From a virus, in IMG/VR virus record IMGVR_UViG_3300044857_000165: a stretch of DNA of 38,421 nucleotides; one strand, 5' to 3'. Below are positions 1-7,533 of the stretch, piece after piece. A model generated the notes under the pieces. It was not told the DNA's origin. It did no database searches and saw only the letters and a list, made by a program, of their open reading frames with translations. The stretch's first letter is position 1; each line of letters opens with the position of its first letter. A program made the position numbers and the translations under genes.

Positions 1-127
1 GCTTCTCGTTGTGATGTTGTCTGCAAAGGGAAGCGAAGTTGTATTCGGTATGATCTACTGTCTTCCTATTACGTCGTCCTAGCGATTTATCAAAGTGATC
101 TATATCCGCATTCGGCTTACCACAAAT
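1..127. repeat. Terminal direct repeat, copy 1 (identical to 38295..38421)
   Basis: gcttctcgttgtgatgttgtctgcaaagg...ggcttaccacaaat reads identically at both window ends. Confidence 0.97.
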
Positions 128-580
128 ACAACACGTGCGACTCGTAACGCATTTATAAAAGTAATATTCTTGATTTGCCGGTAAAATCTCATAGCCATTT
201 TTAAACGGGATATGATTCTCAAAGATAAAATCTAGGATAATATCAGCGTATAACGTCGCGTCGCTTACTGTACTTGCCGATATATCACTCAAACTGATTA
301 TGCGCCCTGTGATTGCTTCGTAGCGCCATTTGAATACTTCTTTAAGAGATTCAGACGGTTGACCTGTAAAGTCGCTTATATCGCCAATTAGAGCGTAAAT
401 AAATCGGCGCTGTTCTTGCGTAAATCGTCTTGGGTCGACAAAACGGATTTCTACCTCTCGTTGTCCGTCATAGTCGTAGTACATTGTTTGCAGACGTTCG
501 ATATTAATTTCTTCGTTGATGTCTACCGTCAAGCGTTGATGATCTAGCTTCTTGACGATAGCGCTATAAGTCTCGTTCAT
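1..580 (-). CDS. HNH-like nuclease-type early protein, 5' part of a junction-spanning gene. The full gene is 580..1 joined to 38294..38200 (224 aa).
   Basis: ATG at 580. Manual translation gives MNETYSAIVKKLDHQRL...CCICGKPNADIDHF...SLCRQHHNEKH, a Cys/His cluster typical of phage HNH-like nucleases found next to annealase genes. The frame stays open to base 1 and continues in the repeat copy. Confidence 0.6.
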   Translation of the reverse strand, partial: MNETYSAIVKKLDHQRLTVDINEEINIERLQTMYYDYDGQREVEIRFVDPRRFTQEQRRFIYALIGDISDFTGQPSESLKEVFKWRYEAITGRIISLSDISASTVSDATLYADIILDFIFENHIPFKNGYEILPANQEYYFYKCVTSRTCCICGKPNADIDHFDKSLGRRNRKTVDHTEYNFASLCRQHHNEK

Positions 581-586
581 GGTTCG

Positions 587-1306
587 TTACTTCTTTTCTT
601 GATTTGCACGCATTGTTCGCAAGCCGTTTTGTGTATATTCTTTTATTGCGGTATACAGATTCTCGTTTACATCTTCTAGCTTGCCAGCGTATTTGAAATG
701 AGTAAGCACTTGTGTTTCGAATGTTTTTTCTGAACGACTTAGAATTTCAGCGCTCTCTTTAAATAACTTGCGTAGCTCTTTTATCTGTTCGTCTGTCGCT
801 TGTTGCGGTTCTGGCAAGTCCTCACCAGCGTAGATATACAGACCAAGTCCAAACATCGCTAAATTTTTTACCAAGCAACGCATAATGGTTTTGTTAATAT
901 CAAACATACTTGCAGATTCAACTTCTTTATCTGTAAACCCGTTTCGCTTGCCGTTCTCCCATTTAATGACTTTGTACGTGTAAGGTTCGTGCTTCATCGC
1001 TTTATTGGCGCCATCCATTACAGGTAACCACATTTCATAGGTCATATCGTCAATCGTGACTGTCGTAAAAACCATGTAGCCAGTGTTAGGGTCAAATACA
1101 TAAGGTAGGTTATTTTCAAATTTTTGAATGCTGTATTGCGCTTGTGGAAACTTCTTTTTAACTTCTGCCCAAGCCCAAGCCCAAGACAGATAACTAAGAT
1201 AGGTGTTTCCTGTTTTTTTCTTTTCTACATTTTCGTTCACATCAAGTTTATATAGCGTGTTAAAAATTTTATTCTGTTGTTCTGTAAATAATTCTGTCAT
1301 TTTCAT
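587..1306 (-). CDS. Single-strand annealing protein, Rad52 superfamily (Sak/DUF1071-like)
   Basis: Motifs YLSYLSWAWAWAEVKKKFP and FGLGLYIYAGEDLP as remembered for Sak-type SSAPs. Sits in the recombination module between the Gp157-like and HNH-like genes. Confidence 0.6.
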   Translation of the reverse strand: MKMTELFTEQQNKIFNTLYKLDVNENVEKKKTGNTYLSYLSWAWAWAEVKKKFPQAQYSIQKFENNLPYVFDPNTGYMVFTTVTIDDMTYEMWLPVMDGANKAMKHEPYTYKVIKWENGKRNGFTDKEVESASMFDINKTIMRCLVKNLAMFGLGLYIYAGEDLPEPQQATDEQIKELRKLFKESAEILSRSEKTFETQVLTHFKYAGKLEDVNENLYTAIKEYTQNGLRTMRANQEKK

Positions 1307-1314
1307 CCACTCCT

Positions 1315-1797
1315 TTATCTTATTCTCACGCTTTGAGTCTGTACTAACGCAACGCCTTCGATAACCTCGCCATTTTTAACGGCTTCTTTGAGTGCTTTTT
1401 TATCAAGCGTTGGTTCTTGTTCGATATAAAAACTTTTAGGAATCTTATCCGCGCTATCTACTTTTAGTGATGGCGGATTGTTTTGGATATTGACCGTAAA
1501 CAGTTCACCTTTAATTTTTGTCTTGTTGACTTTTTCCATCTCGCCTTGCAAATAAGTTTTTAGATTACTAACTCGATTGGCCACCACTTGTTTTTTACTC
1601 TGCAAACGATTGACCTCGTTGGCAATGGTGGTGATGGTTGCTTCCATTTCTTTGATGACTTTGGCTAAGTTTTCTGCTTTATCCTCGATTGCTTCGTCAA
1701 TTGATTGCAACGTGTCAATAAAAGTCTGTTCGTCAATTTCTGATTCTAGTTCTAATAATTGTTGATACTGATTTGTCAACTCGTATAACGTACTCAT
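1315..1797 (-). CDS. Siphovirus Gp157-like coiled-coil protein
   Basis: MSTLYELTNQYQQLLELES... is the typical N-terminus of the Gp157 family. GGAGGAAAGAGA SD precedes the ATG at 1797; the ORF track start at 1815 is less likely. Confidence 0.55.
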   Translation of the reverse strand: MSTLYELTNQYQQLLELESEIDEQTFIDTLQSIDEAIEDKAENLAKVIKEMEATITTIANEVNRLQSKKQVVANRVSNLKTYLQGEMEKVNKTKIKGELFTVNIQNNPPSLKVDSADKIPKSFYIEQEPTLDKKALKEAVKNGEVIEGVALVQTQSVRIR

Positions 1798-2111
1798 TCT
1801 CTTTCCTCCATCCATCTAGCGCCCAACCACTCTTTACCGCTGATAATCTCTAATTCATTAAGTAAGAAATTGTCTGGCTGGTACTCGTCTAGCGCTGTTA
1901 AGAAACCGTCTTGGCTTGCGACAAACTTGCGTTTAACGTTGCCTAGTTTGTCGTAACCGATGAATACCCAATCGCTGTCGTAAATGTGATTACCAAAATC
2001 ATCTTGATTGTAGTTTTCTGGCGTGGTGTCCACCTCGTTTAAATTAGTGCGATACTGATGATATTCTGGATCACTCATTAAGTCGTCGTATGTTCTGCCG
2101 ATTATGTTCAT
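1794..2111 (-). CDS. Hypothetical early protein (105 aa)
   Basis: ORF with start/stop overlaps to both neighbours (operon coupling). Confidence 0.6.
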   Translation of the reverse strand: MNIIGRTYDDLMSDPEYHQYRTNLNEVDTTPENYNQDDFGNHIYDSDWVFIGYDKLGNVKRKFVASQDGFLTALDEYQPDNFLLNELEIISGKEWLGARWMEERE

Positions 2112-2359
2112 TGCGATTCCTCCTTCAGAAATGCCGTCGCTTTAATTTTGCCTAATTTACTTTCCAGCCAATTTATGCCTACAAATTTTTTGATAACGGG
2201 TTCTTTTCTGGTGATGTTTGCAAAGTCGTATGCTTCATTGAATTTACAGTCATGTAGATAGAAATCAACGCTATAGCTTTTTCTATACAACTCAAGCACT
2301 ATTAATTCTTCTTTTGTCAGCAATCCTTTTAGATTCTTTTTGCATTGGCGGTTTTTCAT
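2108..2359 (-). CDS. Hypothetical early protein (83 aa)
   Basis: GAGGTGA SD 8 nt upstream of the ATG; stop overlaps the next start. Confidence 0.6.
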   Translation of the reverse strand: MKNRQCKKNLKGLLTKEELIVLELYRKSYSVDFYLHDCKFNEAYDFANITRKEPVIKKFVGINWLESKLGKIKATAFLKEESQ

Positions 2360-2377
2360 GGTATAATCACCTCATAT

Positions 2378-2494
2378 TCATTTATTTTTTTGACTGATTC
2401 GCTTGCCGGCGGTCAGTCTTTTTTGTTGTTCTCTTTCTTGTTGTTTCCGCAACTTTTTCTGATAGATTCTATTCCAGCGTGCTTGTGATTTCAT
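2378..2494 (-). CDS. Small basic protein (38 aa, MKSQARWNRIYQKKLRKQQEREQQKRL...)
   Basis: Not in the ORF track (<60 aa). GAGGAGA SD 7 nt upstream of the ATG at 2494. Confidence 0.4.
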   Translation of the reverse strand: MKSQARWNRIYQKKLRKQQEREQQKRLTAGKRISQKNK

Positions 2495-2506
2495 TCTCTC
2501 ATCTCC

Positions 2507-2647
2507 TCACCTAATCGCTTGAACAAGCAAAACCAGCGTTAGCAACTGCACCACATTAAGCGTTAGCGATAAGTAAGCAATCAATTGCGTTTGACGTAAC
2601 TTGTAGACTAAACTTTTCGATTGCAATCCAGCTAATAATATTTTCAT
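2507..2647 (-). CDS. Small hydrophobic protein (46 aa, MKILLAGLQSKSLVYKL...LTLVLLVQAIR)
   Basis: Not in the ORF track. ATGA start/stop overlap with the upstream gene, preceded by a GAGGAGA SD. Confidence 0.4.
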   Translation of the reverse strand: MKILLAGLQSKSLVYKLRQTQLIAYLSLTLNVVQLLTLVLLVQAIR

Positions 2648-2901
2648 CTCTTATCTCCTCTAAACTTATTTCTGTCTTTCCAATCCAAAAATTGATCAAA
2701 CAGATTAATGTTTATCAGCACAATTTTGTAAGTCGGTGCTCGATAACCGCTTTTGTAATCTGGATGTACTTTGAACTCTGCTAACAATCTTTGGAATGTA
2801 GATTCATGTCCTTCAAATCCAAAATACTTAATCGCTTCATCCTTTGGCATTGATAGTTGAGGCAATTTGATGGTTTCTGCTAAGGCTATTTTTTCAGTCA
2901 T
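2644..2901 (-). CDS. Hypothetical early protein (85 aa); possibly a small DNA-binding/excisionase-like protein
   Basis: AGGAGGA SD. Size and position after the antirepressor suggest this; no motif securely recognised. Confidence 0.5.
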   Translation of the reverse strand: MTEKIALAETIKLPQLSMPKDEAIKYFGFEGHESTFQRLLAEFKVHPDYKSGYRAPTYKIVLININLFDQFLDWKDRNKFRGDKR

Positions 2902-2946
2902 TATTTATCCTCCTATCTGATTTTGTAATAAGAAATAATATCGGCT

Positions 2947-3705
2947 CTATTCAAAAAGCGTTTCAATTGATGGGTAAACGTCGTGTTTTTTCAAAAATTG
3001 ATAAATGAAAATGTGACCTTTTTGCGTCCACTTAGTGTTTGGCTTCATCCGGCTACTGCCTTCCCACAATTTCATTTCCGTGTGCGTATAGCCTTCGTTT
3101 TGATAATCAGCATAAAGTAACCAAACATCGCCTTGTTTGTACTGGACTTTTAAATCATGGAGTAATTGGTTCATTTTGTTTGCGCTCATCCCGTAATTCT
3201 TGGCGATTACGCTAATTGGTAACAAACTTGGATTGGCTAAGATTGTGTCGTAATAATCCGCTTTTGGTTTCAACTCTTTTACTTGTTGTTCAGCAATTAG
3301 ACGTTTTGTCCGTTCTTCTTTGAGTTGTGTAGCAACTTGAATCAATAAATCTGGATTGTTAAGTAATTCTTCCGTTGCATACATTCCGTGTTTTCGGATT
3401 GTTGGAAGGACTTCGCTTGTTACCCACCGTTTAAATTTCTTAGCGCTTGGCAATTTTGATTTGAGGATTAAACTGTATAAACCCGATTCGTTGATAACGG
3501 CTGTCTTCGTTTCGGACGCATTCCCGTTTTGGGAGTGTGCTATCATCTCGAATTTTTTATCTTCTAAATCAACATGATTCATTACTGCTTTACTCGCATT
3601 TGAGTATCCTAAAACCTCTGCCACATCTTTACCCACAAAATAAGGTTCGTCATTGATCAATAACGTTCTGATTTCTTCTTTTTCTTCAAATGCGAAAATT
3701 TGCAT
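2947..3705 (-). CDS. ant: Antirepressor, BRO-N domain plus KilA-C/ANT-type C-terminal domain
   Basis: N-terminus FAFEEKEEIRTLLINDEPYFVGKDVAEVLGYSNASKAV is the BRO-N signature. C-terminal ISVIAKNYGMSANKMNQLLHDLKV...WLLY is ANT-like. Confidence 0.8.
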   Translation of the reverse strand: MQIFAFEEKEEIRTLLINDEPYFVGKDVAEVLGYSNASKAVMNHVDLEDKKFEMIAHSQNGNASETKTAVINESGLYSLILKSKLPSAKKFKRWVTSEVLPTIRKHGMYATEELLNNPDLLIQVATQLKEERTKRLIAEQQVKELKPKADYYDTILANPSLLPISVIAKNYGMSANKMNQLLHDLKVQYKQGDVWLLYADYQNEGYTHTEMKLWEGSSRMKPNTKWTQKGHIFIYQFLKKHDVYPSIETLFE

Positions 3706-3734
3706 TGTTGCTATTTTAAATGTCCTCCTTTTAT

Positions 3735-3749
3735 ATGATTTAAAATCAT
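3735..3749. promoter_or_regulatory. Distal operator copy (ATGATTTAAAATCAT) between cro and ant
   Basis: Perfect 7-1-7 palindrome identical to the copy at 4026..4040. Lies just upstream of the ant SD. Confidence 0.6.
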
Positions 3750-3765
3750 ATATAGATTAAAAAAA

Positions 3766-3987
3766 TTAAGCCGAAACTTTGTTATCATCTTTGTTAGCTT
3801 CCACACCTAACAAGTCATCTGTGCTAACATTGAATAAAATAGCCAATTTAATAAGATAGCTGCCGCTGATAGACAAAGGATTTTTTTCCCAATTGCTTAC
3901 AGATGTTTGTGTAGTCCCTAACTGTTTAGCCAACTCTCTTTGCGACATTTTACCGTGTTTAGCTCTTAATTCTGCAATACCAACCAT
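3766..3987 (-). CDS. cro: Cro-like XRE-family HTH regulator
   Basis: MSQRELAKQLGTTQTSVSNWEKN HTH. Divergent from the CI gene. GGAGGTG SD before the ATG at 3987. Confidence 0.8.
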   Translation of the reverse strand: MVGIAELRAKHGKMSQRELAKQLGTTQTSVSNWEKNPLSISGSYLIKLAILFNVSTDDLLGVEANKDDNKVSA

Positions 3988-4017
3988 TTTTTTCACCTCC
4001 ATTTATTTGGTAAGTTA

Positions 4018-4046
4018 ATTGTAACATGATTTAAAATCATATACAA
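4018..4046 (-). promoter_or_regulatory. Early lytic promoter (PR-like): TTGTAT-17-TACAAT
   Basis: On the - strand, -35 is at 4046..4041 and -10 at 4023..4018. Operator 4026..4040 fills the spacer. Confidence 0.6.
4026..4040. promoter_or_regulatory. Operator palindrome ATGATTTAAAATCAT
   Basis: Perfect 7-1-7 inverted repeat inside the PR-like spacer. Confidence 0.65.
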
Positions 4047-4055
4047 GAGCTTTAT

Positions 4056-4070
4056 ATGATTTATTATCAT
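4056..4070. promoter_or_regulatory. Operator variant ATGATTTATTATCAT
   Basis: Same outer half-site bases; 30 bp centre-to-centre from 4026..4040. Confidence 0.5.
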
Positions 4071-4137
4071 ATTTTTTAAATAAACACTTTTCTTCTATAT
4101 ATATCAATAAAAATTTTCATTTTATGATAGTTAAAAG

Positions 4138-4152
4138 TTGATTTAAAATCAT
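4138..4152. promoter_or_regulatory. Operator variant TTGATTTAAAATCAT overlapping the -35 of the repressor promoter
   Basis: 14/15 match to the consensus palindrome. Confidence 0.55.
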
Positions 4153-4165
4153 ATTATGATATAAT
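4138..4165 (+). promoter_or_regulatory. Repressor promoter: TTGATT-16-TGaTATAAT (extended -10)
   Basis: -35 at 4138..4143, TG at 4157..4158, TATAAT at 4160..4165. AGGAGGTG SD and ATG 4187 follow. Confidence 0.65.
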
Positions 4166-4186
4166 ATTCTTGTCAGGAGGTGTAAA

Positions 4187-4852
4187 ATGGAAACTTTAGG
4201 AAGCAGATTAAAAAGGTTGCGAGAACAAAGAAATATGACACAAACAGAGCTATCGCAAGAACTAAACATGAAAACATATACTACTATTTCAAAATGGGAA
4301 AGCGACGACAATTTACCAAGAGGAAAAGAATTAAAAGCATTAGCTGAACTGTTTAATGTTTCTTCTGATTACTTGTTAGGCATCGAAAGACAACAAATCG
4401 AACAAAAGGCATCTATCGAATCTATCTACAATCAATTAGATCAACCAAGAAAAGCAAAAGTTTACAATTTCGCGGAATATCAATTAAGAGAACAAAACAA
4501 ACGTCCGAAAATTACAATTGAAATTCGAGGCTACGTTTCAGCTGGAACAGGGGAATGGTTGGAAGATGAAATTTTGGACGAAGTGAGTTATGAAGGTGTG
4601 ATACCTGAACATGATTTTGCAGTTAAGGTAAACGGTGATTCGATGCTGCCTCTTTTTGAAGATGGACAAGTTATCTTTATTAAAGGCACTTCAGACGTGC
4701 GTGACGGTCAAATAATCGTATGCCAGGTAAACAATGAAGCGTTTGTTAAAAAGCTATCAGGAAACAAGTTAGTGAGTTTAAATAAAAATTATGAGGATAT
4801 ATCAATATCTGATACAGATGATTTTAAAATTTATGGCGTAGTCGTATTATAA
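4187..4852 (+). CDS. cI: CI-type repressor: XRE HTH plus LexA/S24 autopeptidase domain
   Basis: N-terminal MTQTELSQELNMKTYTTISKWE HTH. C-terminal VNGDSMLP (Ser) and FVKKL (Lys) S24 dyad. Divergent from cro. Confidence 0.85.
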   Translation: METLGSRLKRLREQRNMTQTELSQELNMKTYTTISKWESDDNLPRGKELKALAELFNVSSDYLLGIERQQIEQKASIESIYNQLDQPRKAKVYNFAEYQLREQNKRPKITIEIRGYVSAGTGEWLEDEILDEVSYEGVIPEHDFAVKVNGDSMLPLFEDGQVIFIKGTSDVRDGQIIVCQVNNEAFVKKLSGNKLVSLNKNYEDISISDTDDFKIYGVVVL

Positions 4853-4935
4853 AAATACCCCAGTCGTAGTTGGCGCTGCGGCTAGGGTTAGTATTTTAAC
4901 TCAAAATAATTATATCAAAGAAAAGAGGAAAAGAA

Positions 4936-5601
4936 ATGGAAACTTTGTTAGGATTGCTATTTATTCTAGGCTGTGTTGGTATCTGGTATTTTGCTAGAAA
5001 AAAACCGAACAAACGAAACAGAAACATTTCAATAGCTATAGTTGTGTTTTCAGTATTGATAATGGGATTTTTGCCAACAGGACAAACTCAAACAAATTCT
5101 GATTCTAAAGAAAAAACCGAGTCTAAGAAAACCGAGTCGTCAGAAAAACCATTATCATCTTCCGAAATTCAGCAATCAAAAGAAGCTAGCGAATCAAAAG
5201 AAAAAGAAAAGATAGCTCAATCAGAATCAAAAGAAAAAGAACGCATTGCTGCGGAAGAAGCAAGAAAAATAAATGAAGAGAAAACTAAGGCTAGCAAAGA
5301 GGCAGAAGAACAAAAGAAATCTGATATAACAATTTTATCAGACAAGCCAACTACTGAACAAGCAACAACTTTAGAAGATTTAGCTTCTCAACAATTTAAA
5401 CAACAATTCCCCTATAAAGGAAGCAAGATGCACTCAGTTCTAGGGGTCATTCAACCTTGGACACAATCAGATGGCAGATGGTATAAAAAAGTTCAAGCAA
5501 CAATTGTAAATGGATTTGGTGCTGAGCAGGATACTACAATAGAAATTCACATCACGCCTGCTAGTGCTACTAGCGGAACAGTTGAAATTATAAATTATTA
5601 A
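4936..5601 (+). CDS. 2-TM membrane protein with a Ser/Glu/Lys-rich linker and a ~90-aa C-terminal extracytoplasmic domain; candidate superinfection-exclusion protein
   Basis: Two hydrophobic segments flank RKKPNKRNRN. Low-complexity linker. Sits between the repressor and integrase genes. Confidence 0.6.
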   Translation: METLLGLLFILGCVGIWYFARKKPNKRNRNISIAIVVFSVLIMGFLPTGQTQTNSDSKEKTESKKTESSEKPLSSSEIQQSKEASESKEKEKIAQSESKEKERIAAEEARKINEEKTKASKEAEEQKKSDITILSDKPTTEQATTLEDLASQQFKQQFPYKGSKMHSVLGVIQPWTQSDGRWYKKVQATIVNGFGAEQDTTIEIHITPASATSGTVEIINY

Positions 5602-5610
5602 TTATTTATC

Positions 5611-5629
5611 AGCCCCTCACGCAGGGGCT
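5611..5629 (+). terminator. Hairpin AGCCCCT-cacgc-AGGGGCT after the membrane-protein gene
   Basis: 7-bp GC-rich stem followed by TCTTTAAT. Confidence 0.5.
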
Positions 5630-5684
5630 TCTTTAATAACGCCAAAAAAAAGAACGCACGTTCCATTTAAGGAGTTGAATAAAC

Positions 5685-6815
5685 ATGTGGATTGAAGAAT
5701 TACCAAATGGAAAATACAAATATTCAGAACGGTATGTGGACCCTTATACCGAAAAGAATAGAAAGGTTTCGATTACTCTCAACAGCAAGTCAAATCAAGC
5801 AAAAAAACAAGCAATGATTGAATTGCAAGAAAAGATTAATAAAAAAGTAAATGCACCGAAACAAGAAGCAATAACATTCGAAAAAGCTCTAGATTTATTT
5901 AAACCATATTATAAGAAAAAAGTGAAAGCTTCATCTTATATTTCGTTCAAATCCACTGAAAAAACGCTTATAAAAACTATTGGTAAGGATATGCTTATAA
6001 AAAATATTGATTTACTCTTCTTTAGAAAAAAAATCGAAAATTTATACTATGATCAAAAATATTCGTTTAACTATGTGAAAAAGATAAAAGCTTTTACTTT
6101 AATGATCTTATCTTTTGCAAAGGACGAAGGATACACTACTGAGATACCAAACTATAAATTAAGTTTAGTTTTGAGACAGGAAAAAGAACCTGAAAAATAT
6201 CTAGAAAAACACGAATTACGAGCTTTGATTAATCAATTAAATAAAATGAAGCCTAATCGTAGAAAAGCAGATATGATTGAATTTATGGCATTGACCGGGT
6301 TGCGCTATGGTGAGTTGATTGCTCTTAGGGAAGAAGATCTATATGAGGGATATATCAATGTGAATGGAACAATTGATTTTAGGAATGGTTCTTATTCAAC
6401 TGTTGTGAGGACCACTCCAAAAACTAAAGCAGCTATTAGGAATATCGCTTTATCTAACAGGGCAGTCAATATCATTATTAAAGTGCTACAAGAAAATCAA
6501 TTGTACAAACTTACAAAAGAATATACAGATTTAGGATATATTTTTACAAATACTTCTGGACTACCAATAGATTATCGTACATTTGAACCATGCTTAAAAA
6601 ATGCCGCTAAATTTGCGGGTTTGCAAAAACCAGTTACTTCACATTATTTGAGACATACTCATATTTCATTTTTAGCTGAATTAAATATACCGATAAAAGT
6701 AGTAATGGATCGCGTAGGACACACTGATGCATCTACGACGTTACAAGTCTACACTCACGTTACAAGCAAGATGAAGGAAAGTTTGAAGGATAAAATAGAA
6801 ACGATAGACTACTGA
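5685..6815 (+). CDS. int: Tyrosine recombinase / phage integrase
   Basis: C-terminal catalytic motifs LTGLRYGEL, HYLRHTHISFLAE, GHTDASTTLQVYTHV. Confidence 0.9.
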   Translation: MWIEELPNGKYKYSERYVDPYTEKNRKVSITLNSKSNQAKKQAMIELQEKINKKVNAPKQEAITFEKALDLFKPYYKKKVKASSYISFKSTEKTLIKTIGKDMLIKNIDLLFFRKKIENLYYDQKYSFNYVKKIKAFTLMILSFAKDEGYTTEIPNYKLSLVLRQEKEPEKYLEKHELRALINQLNKMKPNRRKADMIEFMALTGLRYGELIALREEDLYEGYINVNGTIDFRNGSYSTVVRTTPKTKAAIRNIALSNRAVNIIIKVLQENQLYKLTKEYTDLGYIFTNTSGLPIDYRTFEPCLKNAAKFAGLQKPVTSHYLRHTHISFLAELNIPIKVVMDRVGHTDASTTLQVYTHVTSKMKESLKDKIETIDY

Positions 6816-6860
6816 CGGTTTGCTCCTTTTGTGCCTCTTTTAGATATTTAGATATTATAA

Positions 6861-6897
6861 AACCGCTAGAGATTCCGTCATCTAGCGGTTTATTTTT
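6861..6897 (+). terminator. Rho-independent terminator after int
   Basis: AACCGCTAGA / TCTAGCGGTT 10-bp stem followed by TATTTTT. Confidence 0.7.
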
Positions 6898-7049
6898 AGG
6901 ATTAATAAAGCTCTAAGTATTGATTTTGCGGAATAACAGTTATTCTCAAATGCTATAAAAAGCCGTTTTAACGGTGTTTTATCAGATCAATTAATGATTG
7001 TTATTTGCTAACATTGGCAAGCAACTGCCCCTTTTTTGCCCCTTATTCG
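6898..7049. other. Probable attP region; core not pinpointed
   Basis: Non-coding and adjacent to int. Contains the 7-1-7 palindrome GAATAACAGTTATTC (6931..6945) and other short repeats. Confidence 0.45.
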
Positions 7050-7077
7050 TACCTTCTCTTTGAGGAGGTATTTTTTT
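7050..7077 (+). terminator. Rho-independent terminator insulating the downstream cassette
   Basis: TACCTTCTC-ttt-GAGGAGGTA stem (one G-U pair) followed by T7. Confidence 0.65.
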
Positions 7078-7137
7078 GACAATATGCAAAATACTTTGTA
7101 GTTTTCTATTGACTTTATACAAAATACTTTGTATAAT
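7076..7137 (+). promoter_or_regulatory. Two tandem promoter units, each with an imperfect palindromic operator in the spacer
   Basis: Unit 1: TTGACA(7076)-17-TAGTTT. Unit 2: TTGACT(7109)-17-TATAAT(7132). (T/G)(G/A)CAAAATACTTTGTA occurs at 7085..7100 and 7118..7133. Confidence 0.7.
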
Positions 7138-7177
7138 AGGTTTATAGATAAGAGATAAACAAAAGGAGGAAACAACA

Positions 7178-7516
7178 ATGCTAGAAATTCTAAAAAATAA
7201 ATTATCTGAAATGGATCTGGACTTTGAAATATCAGAAGACGCTCAGAATTTCACCATCCGCTTAGAAGATAAAGGTTTGCTCCACGTTTCCACAAAAACT
7301 CACAAACTTCAAATGCTTAAACTTTCTGAAGAATTGCAAGGTCAAGGCCTAGCAAGTTTAATGCTCGAAGTTGCTAAAGAAGTTGGCGCAACTGAACTCG
7401 TTGCTGAAAAATGCGGAGAAGGCTTATCTCAAGAAAACCTTGTTAAATTTTACGAAAAACATGGATTCGTTGCATACTTTCAAGACGACAATCTAGCTGC
7501 AATGGAATTAGCATAA
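7178..7516 (+). CDS. Acidic mini-GNAT-like protein (112 aa)
   Basis: AAGGAGG SD. GNAT motif-A-like LQGQGLASLMLEVAKEVG and C-terminal FYEKHGF. Too short for a canonical GNAT. Confidence 0.6.
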   Translation: MLEILKNKLSEMDLDFEISEDAQNFTIRLEDKGLLHVSTKTHKLQMLKLSEELQGQGLASLMLEVAKEVGATELVAEKCGEGLSQENLVKFYEKHGFVAYFQDDNLAAMELA

Positions 7517-7533
7517 AATAGGAGGAAAATAAA

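Noticed and set aside
3706-3734. AAAAGGAGGAC upstream of ant as its Shine-Dalgarno
   Set aside because: The spacing to the ATG at 3705 is ~17 nt, too long for a canonical SD. I kept the ATG because the BRO-N domain begins there, and made no regulatory claim from this.
4117-4311. 64-aa - strand ORF spanning the switch region and the 5' end of cI
   Set aside because: It overlaps the operators, the promoter and the CI HTH coding region on the opposite strand, and it has no SD.
4936-5010. Lipoprotein signal (FILGC looks like a lipobox)
   Set aside because: The N-terminus has no positively charged n-region, and the Cys sits in the middle of a full-length TM helix followed by a basic loop and a second TM. 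A 2-TM anchor is more plausible than a lipoprotein.
5150-5290. Near-tandem nucleotide repeats (gaatcaaaagaaaaagaa twice)
   Set aside because: They simply encode the low-complexity ESKEKE(K/R)IA linker of the membrane protein, not an independent DNA element.
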